The position numbers were made by a program, and so were the translations under genes. This document shows positions 8,986 through 17,501 of a DNA stretch of 36,934 bases, in pieces (the first letter of the stretch is position 1; each line of letters opens with the position of its first letter). Source of the DNA: a virus (taxonomy: Duplodnaviria; Caudoviricetes). The notes under the pieces are model-generated. The model ran no database searches and was not told the origin of the DNA. It saw nothing but the letters and a program-made list of their open reading frames with translations. The stretch spans positions 1-36,934 of IMG/VR virus record IMGVR_UViG_3300020045_001829; one strand, given 5' to 3'.

Positions 8986-10452
8986 TTACATGTAAACTTT
9001 CGGCGGTGCGAACGTCTTCGGTTTCAATTCAAAAAACATCCTTAACATTATAGCGTCCATGAAATCCGGCGAACGTCCAAGAATGTTTTTCATTTGTTCC
9101 TTCGGTATCAATTGAATTTTTCCGTCGGCGTCGATGTTCTTTCGTTTTATTGCGCGTGATTCCTGAACGATTATTTCGCGGACTAATTTACTCCCGATTT
9201 TGTAGTTTGCAACACGTTCGGAAAAAAAGATTTCAGACTTTTTAACAACATCCGCCAACGCGAAAAAACATTGTGTTTTCAGGTTGCGATAATTCAGGAC
9301 TTCGCCGTGAACTTTGACAGGCGCGCCGCCGTTGTTGAATGACGTTGCGTTCTGAAGATATCCTTTTAAGTAAGCACCGACACCGTCGGCGTCGTATATT
9401 ATTGACGATTGCGGAACGGAATATTGTTTCGCCAATTCTTTCAACTTGTTTTCAACAACCGATCCGTCAGACTTTTCCATCACACAAATGTCAATCGCGC
9501 GCAATCCCGACCAAACGATGACAACGAATTTGTCCGAACCATGCAAAGCGATGTCGGCGGAAATGTAACGTTTGCCGTCTTTCACATGTTCGTTCGTGAA
9601 GGTGTCAATTGTTTTTGAATAGTCGAATATCGAATCCGCGTTGACGTTGACCTTCCAATTGCCTTTTAACAATTGAAGTTTTGTTTGTTCATCCTGAATC
9701 AACAGGTTCGCCAAATATGACGGATCCTTTGTCATCAATTCCGTGTTTTCATAGATTGAACCGGCGATGAACGTGAATGACTTTATCAACGTATCAACGT
9801 CATCGGTTTGCATGTCTGAAATAATGTGCGGAATTTGCCGGATGACGTCTTGTTTGGTGTCGCCCCAAATGACACGGTCGTTGTCACGTGTGAAATAACG
9901 GATGACGCCGTTGCGTTCTTTGATCGGAAAGCCGGTGTCAGGATTAATATACCATTCCAAAAAACGAGCAACCCATGATTCCGGATCCGGATTGCATGTC
10001 GCGCGGATGTATGGTTTCACACCACATGTTGAACGGTTTCGTGAAATCAGATACCAAAACATGAATTCCGAAAAGTGTGTCAATTCATCAATTGCGATGA
10101 ACGGAATTTCAGAACCTTGAAAGTCAAAGACGTTCTTTTCGTGTTGCAAATGACTGAATTTGATTCGCGCACCTGATTTGAACTTCCATTCCAACGATGA
10201 ATAATTCGGTTCGGCTTTTAAATTGCGATATAATTTCAACGACGAATCCCAAAGACCACCTTCGTTTGTAATTTGCGGATATGTACGCCGGAAGAAAACA
10301 CCGCCAAAATTCGGATTGCGTTCAACGTGCCTGCATGGTTCTAATAATAACGCAAACGTTTTTCCGGATCCGGCAGCACCGCCACCAATAACGATATCAG
10401 CCGCCGACGCCAAAAAATCCTGTTGAAATCCTTGTTGCGGTTTTATCGTCAC
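8986..10452 (-). CDS. terL: Terminase large subunit
   Basis: Walker A GGAAGSGKT, Walker B IAIDE, ATCNP, RNase H-like SADIA and SPDFMDA. Confidence 0.95.
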   Translation of the reverse strand: MTIKPQQGFQQDFLASAADIVIGGGAAGSGKTFALLLEPCRHVERNPNFGGVFFRRTYPQITNEGGLWDSSLKLYRNLKAEPNYSSLEWKFKSGARIKFSHLQHEKNVFDFQGSEIPFIAIDELTHFSEFMFWYLISRNRSTCGVKPYIRATCNPDPESWVARFLEWYINPDTGFPIKERNGVIRYFTRDNDRVIWGDTKQDVIRQIPHIISDMQTDDVDTLIKSFTFIAGSIYENTELMTKDPSYLANLLIQDEQTKLQLLKGNWKVNVNADSIFDYSKTIDTFTNEHVKDGKRYISADIALHGSDKFVVIVWSGLRAIDICVMEKSDGSVVENKLKELAKQYSVPQSSIIYDADGVGAYLKGYLQNATSFNNGGAPVKVHGEVLNYRNLKTQCFFALADVVKKSEIFFSERVANYKIGSKLVREIIVQESRAIKRKNIDADGKIQLIPKEQMKNILGRSPDFMDAIMLRMFFELKPKTFAPPKVYM

Positions 10453-10784
10453 GTTCCTTTGATTATTTTCAACGGCTCTTCGTTTGGTTCGTCAAGATAT
10501 TTGTCGCGTCCGTTGTCAGGCAATACAAACTGAACTACCGGCAACGCGTTTCCCTCTTCATCCGTATAAACAACACGCTGTTTTTTCGGACGAATGTATT
10601 CGTGTAACTTTTCCCAAAGAATCACACGTTCGCGCGGCGACAATGTCCGGATGTCGTCAAGAATTGTTTCATTCAATAATTTCAACGCCTCTTCAACCGC
10701 CTGATCGCGGCGGATCGTTTCGGCATTCTTTTGACCTTTCTTCCGACCGGATGCCGGCGGTCTTGGTTGTCCTTTTCGAAACAT
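10449..10784 (-). CDS. terS: Terminase small subunit
   Basis: FRKGQ...GRKKGQKN N-terminus; directly upstream of and overlapping terL. Confidence 0.75.
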   Translation of the reverse strand: MFRKGQPRPPASGRKKGQKNAETIRRDQAVEEALKLLNETILDDIRTLSPRERVILWEKLHEYIRPKKQRVVYTDEEGNALPVVQFVLPDNGRDKYLDEPNEEPLKIIKGT

Positions 10785-10924
10785 TATCTTAAATCTGCGT
10801 TTTTATGCAAAATTTCTACTTTCGTATTTTTGACCGCAATATGTTCGTTTTAACCGATTCAAACCTTCAGTCGGCACAATATACCGTCCGGTCATTTTAA
10901 GCGCGCGGAATAGAACGAAACGCG

Positions 10925-11235
10925 CAAAATTTTTGATTTTTATTTTGTTGTTGCTTATACCGAAAACAATCATCAAATCTTTTTTTGTTTATTTTTTTTA
11001 AAATAATCTATTCTTTTCTTTTCTCCTTCTCTTCTCCTTCTTTTGGTTGACGGTTCGTTGACGAATCGTTGACGGCTCGTTGAAAGTATTTGTTTTTCAA
11101 TTAGTTGTGAACGTGTTTTTCGTGTGTGTTGATGTCATGTTGATGTCTGAAACAGGCTGTTCGCGGACGGTGTGTTGAACGGTCGTTGACGACGTGTTGA
11201 CGATCCGTTGACGACACGTCAACGATTCGTTGGAT
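10925..11235. other. Putative replication origin: 11-bp-period iterons plus pyrimidine/AT-rich tract
   Basis: GTTGA-type cores at 11046, 11057, 11068, 11079; 11128, 11139; 11174, 11185, 11196, 11207 (variants at 11218, 11229); AT-rich 10925-11044; largest non-coding gap in the genome. Confidence 0.7.
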
Positions 11236-11425
11236 TTCCGTCCGATTCTGATTCTGATTGTTGTTTCAATTGTTCGATGTTTTGTTCAACGTACATTTTC
11301 GCGCGACCGCGAAACCAATCGAAGGAATTCAGGTGTAAAAGGTAAGCCGCCGGAATTTCATTGATCGGTTTTCCGGTGTATTTGCCGAACGGCATGATGT
11401 AGGAACCTTGAATTTTGTCATCCAT
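11219..11425 (-). CDS. DUF3820-like small protein
   Basis: MPFGKYTGKPINEIPAAYL motif; start moved to MDDKIQ, downstream of a promoter box. Confidence 0.75.
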   Translation of the reverse strand: MDDKIQGSYIMPFGKYTGKPINEIPAAYLLHLNSFDWFRGRAKMYVEQNIEQLKQQSESESDGNPTNR

Positions 11426-11441
11426 CGCGTGTTGATTTTTA

Positions 11442-11449
11442 CAAATGTA
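11442..11449 (-). promoter_or_regulatory. Bacteroidota -7 promoter element TACATTTG
   Basis: Exact TAnnTTTG match 16 nt upstream of ATG 11425; would fire through the putative origin toward terS. Confidence 0.55.
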
Positions 11450-11490
11450 TAACATTTTCAACGCGTTGGCGAAAGGAAAAAGGAAAAATT

Positions 11491-12171
11491 TTAACAATCG
11501 AAATTGTATATTCCGACCTCACAGTTTGCCAACCGGCGCAAACCGATTCCGTTGACATCGCGCGGAACCTGATTTTTCAACATATTCTTCACGGCTGAAA
11601 GTGTTCGTTTTGCTTCCTTGATTTTGTCGCGTAGGTCATCGCGCGAAAGTTTTATTTCATTGTAACACGCGGACAAAGACCGGATTTCCTGAAGATAGTC
11701 TTTTCCGTAACGTTTGACGATTCCGGTTTCATATCCGTCACGGTTCGATCCTTTGTGTTGGTTGCAATGAACACATTGCGCGTGAATGTTGTGAAGGTTG
11801 AAGCGAAGTGTGTTGTTGGATCCGACCGAAAAGAAATGACCGCCGTCATGTTTTGTGTTCCGGATGTTGGCGTCACATGAAATACATCGTCCGAATATTG
11901 AATCAATGGTTCGCGCGATTGTGTTGACGATGTCCTGAAGTTTGTTTTGCAATTGTGAGTGTGTCAGGTTTTGTTCTTTCATTGCCTGAAGACGTCTATT
12001 TTCTGTCTTTTCAAATTGGTTCTTTGCGGATTTGACCGCGCAAGTCAACGAACAAACGGATTGTGTTGATTTGAATTGTTTGAATAACGTTTTGCAAACC
12101 TTACATTTCCGGACGCGTTTTTTTTCGCGCGTGTTTGGTTCGTTGGTCAGGAATTCGTCAAGTCCTTTCAT
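11491..12171 (-). CDS. ninG: NinG/Rap-like recombination endonuclease (HNH fold)
   Basis: CKVC, CSLTC, CISC, DGGHFFSVG and NIHAQCVHCN motifs; start at 12171 is preferred over 12225. Confidence 0.85.
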   Translation of the reverse strand: MKGLDEFLTNEPNTREKKRVRKCKVCKTLFKQFKSTQSVCSLTCAVKSAKNQFEKTENRRLQAMKEQNLTHSQLQNKLQDIVNTIARTIDSIFGRCISCDANIRNTKHDGGHFFSVGSNNTLRFNLHNIHAQCVHCNQHKGSNRDGYETGIVKRYGKDYLQEIRSLSACYNEIKLSRDDLRDKIKEAKRTLSAVKNMLKNQVPRDVNGIGLRRLANCEVGIYNFDC

Positions 12172-12181
12172 TGGCTTATTT

Positions 12182-12394
12182 TTAGAAAGGACAATCGTTG
12201 ATTTGTTTTTGTGAATGTATTGCATTTTTACGCAACCGCTTTATTCCATAAAATTTATTCTTGTCCCTGATTGCGATCCTTCCATTCTGATAAACTTTTG
12301 GAAGCGGTAAATCATCGGACATCCTGTAAAAATTACCCTTCATATCTGAATAGATTTCGTTGGTAGTTTTGAATGTGTAGATTTCAATAGTCAT
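12182..12394 (-). CDS. Hypothetical protein (70 aa)
   Basis: ORF with A-rich leader in the AT-rich island. Confidence 0.65.
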   Translation of the reverse strand: MTIEIYTFKTTNEIYSDMKGNFYRMSDDLPLPKVYQNGRIAIRDKNKFYGIKRLRKNAIHSQKQINDCPF

Positions 12395-12455
12395 TTATAG
12401 ATTAGTATTTTGTTTTCAATAATTTAAGTATAACTAAACATGCTGCAATTCAGTA

Positions 12456-12644
12456 TTAATCCGACACCTTTTCAATAGCATTTATCTCAACTACCTTACC
12501 TAATTCATCTCCTATTTCGTTTGAGTGTAGGTAATAGTTTTCGGCATCGTAATTTAGCACTTCCGAAAGAAGCCAATCTATTTCTTCTTTATCAGTTCCA
12601 AAAGCATCACTTAATTCAACAGTCATTGTTATTTTAAACTTCAT
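12456..12644 (-). CDS. Hypothetical acidic protein (62 aa)
   Basis: Start moved to MKFKIT; the longer call reads through the attC-like hairpin. Confidence 0.65.
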   Translation of the reverse strand: MKFKITMTVELSDAFGTDKEEIDWLLSEVLNYDAENYYLHSNEIGDELGKVVEINAIEKVSD

Positions 12645-12660
12645 CTTTCTAAATTTAACG

Positions 12661-12758
12661 GCACATAACAGCGGTTTTGCAATAGCCGCCTGACACATCT
12701 CGGTTAATAATTAAATTCTTCTTTTGCGGCCATCGCAAAGCCGCCAAACGTTATGCGC
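12661..12758. repeat. attC-like imperfect palindrome
   Basis: GCACATAAC...GTTATGCGC outer arms, 1x5 internal loop, 19-bp inner stem at 12671-12689/12726-12744. Confidence 0.7.
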
Positions 12759-12793
12759 AAATCTTTCGTCTGATGTTTCGAGTAGGTTCATGA

Positions 12794-13054
12794 TTATTTT
12801 TTCTTAACAGGTTCATACAAATACCAACCCGTCAAAACAACAGGGGCAACTACCGTTTCAAATCCAATTATACTCCATACAACATTACCAACATTCACCT
12901 GATATATTACACTATCATTTTTCATCAAGTCAGCATTTGCCCACCCATAAGGCTCTACTATTACGCTTTTACCATCAATGATAAATGTTTTTTCATCGGC
13001 ACATGAGGCAAATAATAACAAGCAAAAACACAAATTCAATAATTTCTTTTTCAT
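12794..13054 (-). CDS. Putative lipoprotein
   Basis: MKKK plus hydrophobic stretch and LFASC lipobox; hydrophobic C-terminus. Confidence 0.7.
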   Translation of the reverse strand: MKKKLLNLCFCLLLFASCADEKTFIIDGKSVIVEPYGWANADLMKNDSVIYQVNVGNVVWSIIGFETVVAPVVLTGWYLYEPVKKK

Positions 13055-13080
13055 CTTATATCAGTTTTAGTGTTTTGGTT

Positions 13081-13356
13081 TTATAAATTATAGTTAATAT
13101 GTATGGGTCTAAATAACCAATGTACTTCATTATAAGTTTTACCACCATCCATACTTGATTTAATCCTATTGACACAGTTAGCCTCATTCTCTTTTAGTTG
13201 TTTCAGTGCCTGTAACATTGCTCGCTGTGTTTTATATCTTCCCCTTCTAAACCAATATCTCCTACCATCATCATTAGTTGGTTCGTATGGAGAATACTCA
13301 ATGCCATAAATATATTCTGTGTTGACATAGTTACCTCCTTTACATTTTACAATCAT
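13081..13356 (-). CDS. Hypothetical protein (91 aa)
   Basis: ATGA-coupled ORF in the island. Confidence 0.65.
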   Translation of the reverse strand: MIVKCKGGNYVNTEYIYGIEYSPYEPTNDDGRRYWFRRGRYKTQRAMLQALKQLKENEANCVNRIKSSMDGGKTYNEVHWLFRPIHINYNL

Positions 13357-13904
13357 AGCAATTTCATCACTTTTATTTTACCATCTTCTTCAATAGCTTC
13401 TATCTTCCATGATTGGTGATTGAGGGATTCAGACATCACTTCTGCTCTCTTTCTGAATGATGCACTATATGAACCATGATTACTATCAAATACACTACAA
13501 GCAAATTCTATCATGTCTTGTTTAGTAAACCTTCTATCAGATAGGAGTGATTGTGCTTTACGGAAACCCTTGATAAAGTCGACTATTGTAACCTCCCCTA
13601 AAGTTTCTCCCGAATTAGGGTATAATTGATTAGGGTGGTGATTAACTTTATTAGAGTACTCTTTTCCTAATCTTTCAACATCAAACCATCCAATCACCTT
13701 CTGTTCTGCTTCTGATAAAGAAGAAAGTATGATGTTGGGTTCTTGGTAGAGCACTTTAAGCCTTCTACCGTCATTTGACAAATCTTTTTCTGCTTTTACT
13801 ATTACTTGGCTTATAGGTTGACCAAAATAATATTGTAAGTCACCTTCTTTTATCGGTTCATCGCTTGTAACAATAAATCCCTGCTGTAGTTTGTGTAAGT
13901 TCAT
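13353..13904 (-). CDS. Hypothetical protein (183 aa)
   Basis: IVTSDEPIKEGD N-terminal motif seen in Bacteroidota phage accessory proteins; ATGA-coupled. Confidence 0.7.
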   Translation of the reverse strand: MNLHKLQQGFIVTSDEPIKEGDLQYYFGQPISQVIVKAEKDLSNDGRRLKVLYQEPNIILSSLSEAEQKVIGWFDVERLGKEYSNKVNHHPNQLYPNSGETLGEVTIVDFIKGFRKAQSLLSDRRFTKQDMIEFACSVFDSNHGSYSASFRKRAEVMSESLNHQSWKIEAIEEDGKIKVMKLL

Positions 13905-14095
13905 GCTTTGTATTTTTTAAAGATTCCAATTAAAGCCCTGCCGATAAAGACAAGAGGCGCACCGATAACAATAAAAAATTGTACGATAGTTACGTCACCT
14001 TTAAGTTCCCCCTCAAATCCATCGGTTTGTTTTACTGCATACATTCCGTAGAATATCCATGCAAGAATTAGTAGTGTAGTTTCTGTTTGTGTCAT
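13901..14095 (-). CDS. Small two-TM membrane protein
   Basis: Two hydrophobic segments; ATGA-coupled. Confidence 0.65.
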   Translation of the reverse strand: MTQTETTLLILAWIFYGMYAVKQTDGFEGELKGDVTIVQFFIVIGAPLVFIGRALIGIFKKYKA

Positions 14096-14841
14096 TTCTT
14101 TTTTGTTTCAAATTCACCAAATGATTCCTTGAACTGATTCTTCAGTTGTTCGCCCAACGTCAGCCGTTTCGGATATTCTTTCAACCGTGCTTCGGCGCGA
14201 TGTTGTTCGTATTGTTCCGCCCATTGTTTTTCTTCCGGTGTTGGCGGAAATTCAACCGCCGGAAATCCGATGAACGATTTCAATTCACGTTTGTCGCCGT
14301 CATCTAACAACACATGTTCACACGTTTCTTTCAACCGCTTCCAACACCGTGAACCATATCGTTGTTCTATTTCTGACGGCGTCAGGTTTGTTGTGAAGAA
14401 TGAACGAACGGCGTGTCGTTTTGAATAGCGTTCCTGAATCAAACTTTCCATCACTTCGACACGGTCGCCAAAATACACACCTTTGTTTTCCGCGCCCAAA
14501 TCATCAAAGAAAATATCGTTCGCGTTCAGTTTAATCAACGATTCATGACCGTTGACGTTGTATTCCTGAACGATTTCGATTGTTGTCCGTTGTTTGAAAT
14601 GCAACGGCGATTTCGGACGGACGACGCGGCGAAGGATTTCAAAAAATATTGTTTTTCCTGTTCCGGTGTTACCGTACACAACCAACCCTTGACGCGTGTT
14701 TTCAAACGTGTCGAACAATTTGTCGATTCCGGATTTCATTTCCGGTGTCGTAACATATCCGCCGCGAACGACGTGTTTTGAATATTCGTCAAACCTTTCA
14801 CGGACTGTCATCCCTTCCGAAAATACAATTGTTTTATTCAT
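14092..14841 (-). CDS. DnaC/IstB-like AAA+ helicase loader
   Basis: Walker A GNTGTGKT, Walker B IFFDDLGAE, TTNL; downstream of the initiator. Confidence 0.88.
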   Translation of the reverse strand: MNKTIVFSEGMTVRERFDEYSKHVVRGGYVTTPEMKSGIDKLFDTFENTRQGLVVYGNTGTGKTIFFEILRRVVRPKSPLHFKQRTTIEIVQEYNVNGHESLIKLNANDIFFDDLGAENKGVYFGDRVEVMESLIQERYSKRHAVRSFFTTNLTPSEIEQRYGSRCWKRLKETCEHVLLDDGDKRELKSFIGFPAVEFPPTPEEKQWAEQYEQHRAEARLKEYPKRLTLGEQLKNQFKESFGEFETKKK

Positions 14842-15278
14842 TTGCGTTTTATTATTTTGAATTTATTCATTGGCAACATCAACATCGGTTCGACATCCTG
14901 ACTGTCGTTCCGGTAATTATTTGCAAACGTCAGGTCGTATTCAAACACCGTTTCATCAATATGAATGTAAGCAATCAAATCAATGAATTCACAAACCAAA
15001 AGGAATTTAACATTGAATGAATTCGCCAACGACAAACACGTGATAATTTTTGCTACTGACAAATGTTTGTCCGTCCACTTTGAAAACGGAACATCGCGGT
15101 TTGCACATGATTTGAATTCCATGACGGCAACAACACGACCGCCGCGAACCGCCAACCAATACGCAAAATACCGGATCGGAAGTTTGTGAAGGTTGCAATG
15201 AAAGTGTTTTTCAAGAACACGACGGATTTCGTCTTCGTGCTTCAGCAAATCCGCGTTGTCATAAGTTGGTCTTGTCAT
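14838..15278 (-). CDS. PD-(D/E)XK-like nuclease-fold protein
   Basis: VAVMEFKS (ExK); start MTRPTY coupled to the initiator stop. Confidence 0.5.
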   Translation of the reverse strand: MTRPTYDNADLLKHEDEIRRVLEKHFHCNLHKLPIRYFAYWLAVRGGRVVAVMEFKSCANRDVPFSKWTDKHLSVAKIITCLSLANSFNVKFLLVCEFIDLIAYIHIDETVFEYDLTFANNYRNDSQDVEPMLMLPMNKFKIIKRK

Positions 15279-15880
15279 GACGGAATTTCGAATTGCTTTG
15301 TTGTTGGAATCACTTTCGCTTGTTGTTGTTCTTTCAAAGGATATACGGTCGTCCAACCGCGTTCAATAGATTGTTCAATCATCTTCACCGCCGTCGCGTC
15401 ATCGTAGATTCGTAACTTCGCAAGCAATAAGTCAACCGCCTTTTCCGTCATTGGTTTTCGGATGTTCCGGCGAAACAGTTTGAATTCTTTGACGGCTTCC
15501 TTCAGGTTGTCGGATCCGAATATTTCACGGACTTGTTTTTCGGCGCGTGTCTTTGGCAATGCCGCGCGTTTTGCGGCTGAAGCCAATCCGGCAACGTGAC
15601 CGGCGTGTGACTGAACGCGTTTTGTTTCCGATATTTCGTCAAACTGTTCGTTCAGGAAATCAATGACGACCTGTTCGCCTTCGTATTTCAACACACATGA
15701 CAATTCAGCAATCAACGCTTCGTCATAACGTTTTGACAATTGTTCCCTTGTCAGCACACACGAACGCGTCCAATACAAACAACAAATGTTCACGAACACG
15801 CCTTGCGCCGCAATCGAACAAAGTTGAATGTCGCCGGTCAAATATTCGGAAGGATTGAATTTAAAATATGGTAACTTCAT
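15275..15880 (-). CDS. Replication initiator (DUF1376/YdaU-like N-terminus)
   Basis: LPYFKFNPSEYLTGD...AQGVFVNICCLYW; C-terminal RKPMTEKA...IEQSIERGWTTVY domain. Confidence 0.8.
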   Translation of the reverse strand: MKLPYFKFNPSEYLTGDIQLCSIAAQGVFVNICCLYWTRSCVLTREQLSKRYDEALIAELSCVLKYEGEQVVIDFLNEQFDEISETKRVQSHAGHVAGLASAAKRAALPKTRAEKQVREIFGSDNLKEAVKEFKLFRRNIRKPMTEKAVDLLLAKLRIYDDATAVKMIEQSIERGWTTVYPLKEQQQAKVIPTTKQFEIPS

Positions 15881-15897
15881 TTTGATTTGAATAAACA

Positions 15898-15963
15898 ACC
15901 GCCGGTTGTCGGGCAACATGAACGAACGGAAATCAAGGCGTTGAAAACGTTCGAACCGGCGGT
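15898..15963 (-). promoter_or_regulatory. GC-rich inverted repeat in the initiator leader
   Basis: ACCGCCGGTT (15898-15907) / AACCGGCGGT (15954-15963). Confidence 0.5.
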
Positions 15964-15971
15964 GTGTGTTT

Positions 15972-16196
15972 TTACGCCTTTGAATATTTTGAAAACGTGA
16001 CGGTGTGTCCGAACCTGTTCACCGTGACGCAATCTTCCGAAATAATGTTGTGACCTTTTTTGTTCAACTTGTGAACGATTGCCGCCAACCGTGTGATTCC
16101 CCAATCGACGAACGCCTCTTTTGATGTGATTGAATTCTTTTCTAACAACGTCAGCAACACCGCGCGTTCCTGTGTCATTTCATTTTCTTTTGCCAT
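15972..16196 (-). CDS. Winged helix-turn-helix protein
   Basis: ITSKEAFVDWGITRLAAIVHKLNKKGHNI motif. Confidence 0.8.
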   Translation of the reverse strand: MAKENEMTQERAVLLTLLEKNSITSKEAFVDWGITRLAAIVHKLNKKGHNIISEDCVTVNRFGHTVTFSKYSKA

Positions 16197-16242
16197 GATT
16201 TTGATTTTTAGATTGTGCAATAATACTATTTTTTTATATTCG

Positions 16243-16257
16243 TTTACAATGTGTAAA
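16243..16257. promoter_or_regulatory. Palindromic operator TTTACA-N3-TGTAAA (copy 1)
   Basis: TTTACAATGTGTAAA, intergenic, upstream of a TATTATTG near-consensus -7 box. Confidence 0.65.
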
Positions 16258-16264
16258 AATATAT

Positions 16265-16666
16265 TTATGAAAAAGATTCGTCCGGAACCGGCAATTCGAT
16301 TCCGTATTCGGTCGCGAACATGATGACGTTTTCGATCATTTCGCCAAATTCGTCAACCTTCAGATCGGATGTGTCGGCAATATACTTCAGGACCTCACCT
16401 GTTGATTCGTGAATCTTTTCGCGCTGAAGGAATTTTAATTTCAATATTGATTTCATTTCCGAAGGAAGATATCCGAATTCGCGCGCTAAGATCCCGACAT
16501 GCATGTGAAACAATCGGTTTTGTTGTGATGAACGTTTTGACGATAACTTTTCAATTCCAATCACAACGCGTTTTCCTTCGAACCGTTTCAATTCATAGGA
16601 AATCAACTTTCCGACGTTCTTTTGAATCGTTCCGTTTTTGACGATTGAAATGAATTCTTTTTTCAT
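16265..16666 (-). CDS. NinB/Orf-like recombination protein
   Basis: KRSSQQNRLFH...TSDLKVDEFGEMIE...GIELP motifs. Confidence 0.7.
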   Translation of the reverse strand: MKKEFISIVKNGTIQKNVGKLISYELKRFEGKRVVIGIEKLSSKRSSQQNRLFHMHVGILAREFGYLPSEMKSILKLKFLQREKIHESTGEVLKYIADTSDLKVDEFGEMIENVIMFATEYGIELPVPDESFS

Positions 16667-17496
16667 TGGATCAGATTTCGCGCGTATGCCGGCAAGTCAA
16701 GGATTGTTCCGCCGTCGATTGTCCGGAAGTCATATCCGCGTGAAAACAAATCGTTTTCCATCGCGTGAATGAATTCGGTTTTCAATGTGTCAATTTCCTG
16801 ACGACCTAATTTCAAAAACGAATCCGATATTTTGTCGAATACGTTGACCGCGAACGGCGATTCCTTTTCAACAACGATGAACACGAAACGCGGAAACCGG
16901 AACATTTTCTTCCTGAACGCTTCCAAATACAAAGCCGCTTGAATATGGTACGCATATTCAAAGGCGTCGCGCATGAATCTATTATCGCTTGCGTCCGCCG
17001 CCGTTTTGATGTCAACAATTACATTGCCTTCATCCGAATCAAAATCTGATTGCATGACGAACGGAAGGTCGTTGTCGTCTTTCCAATTCATCCGGCGTTG
17101 AACGGTTCCGTTTGCGCTCAATAGTTCTTTTGCGCGTCGGTGTTCATTGACTGACGCCTTCATTTTGTTGGCGTTGTCAATCATTTCTTGTGTGACAAAT
17201 GTCTTTCCTTTGTTGGCTTCAGCGAATTCCGCGAATTCCGCTTTTCCGTCTTTCGTTCTTTTGTTGATTTCAGGAATCACAACGAACCGGTTTTCGAATT
17301 CATCCGGCGTCAATAGCAAACAATCGAACAGGTTGCCAAATGCGAACGCGGTTGTTTGTTCTTTTGGTTGCGTGATATAGTTCATGTAATGCAACGGCGA
17401 ACGCCTGAATTGCTTCAGCGATGAATAAGACAACGGACGCGTTTCCAAAAATTCGCGCGTGATTTTTATTTCAGGGTTAACAAGTTCCAATTCCAT
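16663..17496 (-). CDS. RecE/ExoVIII-like PD-(D/E)XK exonuclease (DUF3799-like)
   Basis: LSYSSLK, IVDIKT, YHIQAALY and FIVVEKESPF motifs. Confidence 0.85.
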   Translation of the reverse strand: MELELVNPEIKITREFLETRPLSYSSLKQFRRSPLHYMNYITQPKEQTTAFAFGNLFDCLLLTPDEFENRFVVIPEINKRTKDGKAEFAEFAEANKGKTFVTQEMIDNANKMKASVNEHRRAKELLSANGTVQRRMNWKDDNDLPFVMQSDFDSDEGNVIVDIKTAADASDNRFMRDAFEYAYHIQAALYLEAFRKKMFRFPRFVFIVVEKESPFAVNVFDKISDSFLKLGRQEIDTLKTEFIHAMENDLFSRGYDFRTIDGGTILDLPAYARNLIQ

Positions 17497-17501
17497 GATA
17501 A

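Noticed and set aside
8985-8996. Fourth operator TTTACATGTAAA
   Set aside because: No 3-nt spacer, and it is explained by the last terL codons
11046-11235. CRISPR array
   Set aside because: The period is 11 bp with 5-nt variable parts, far too short for repeat-spacer units; no cas genes
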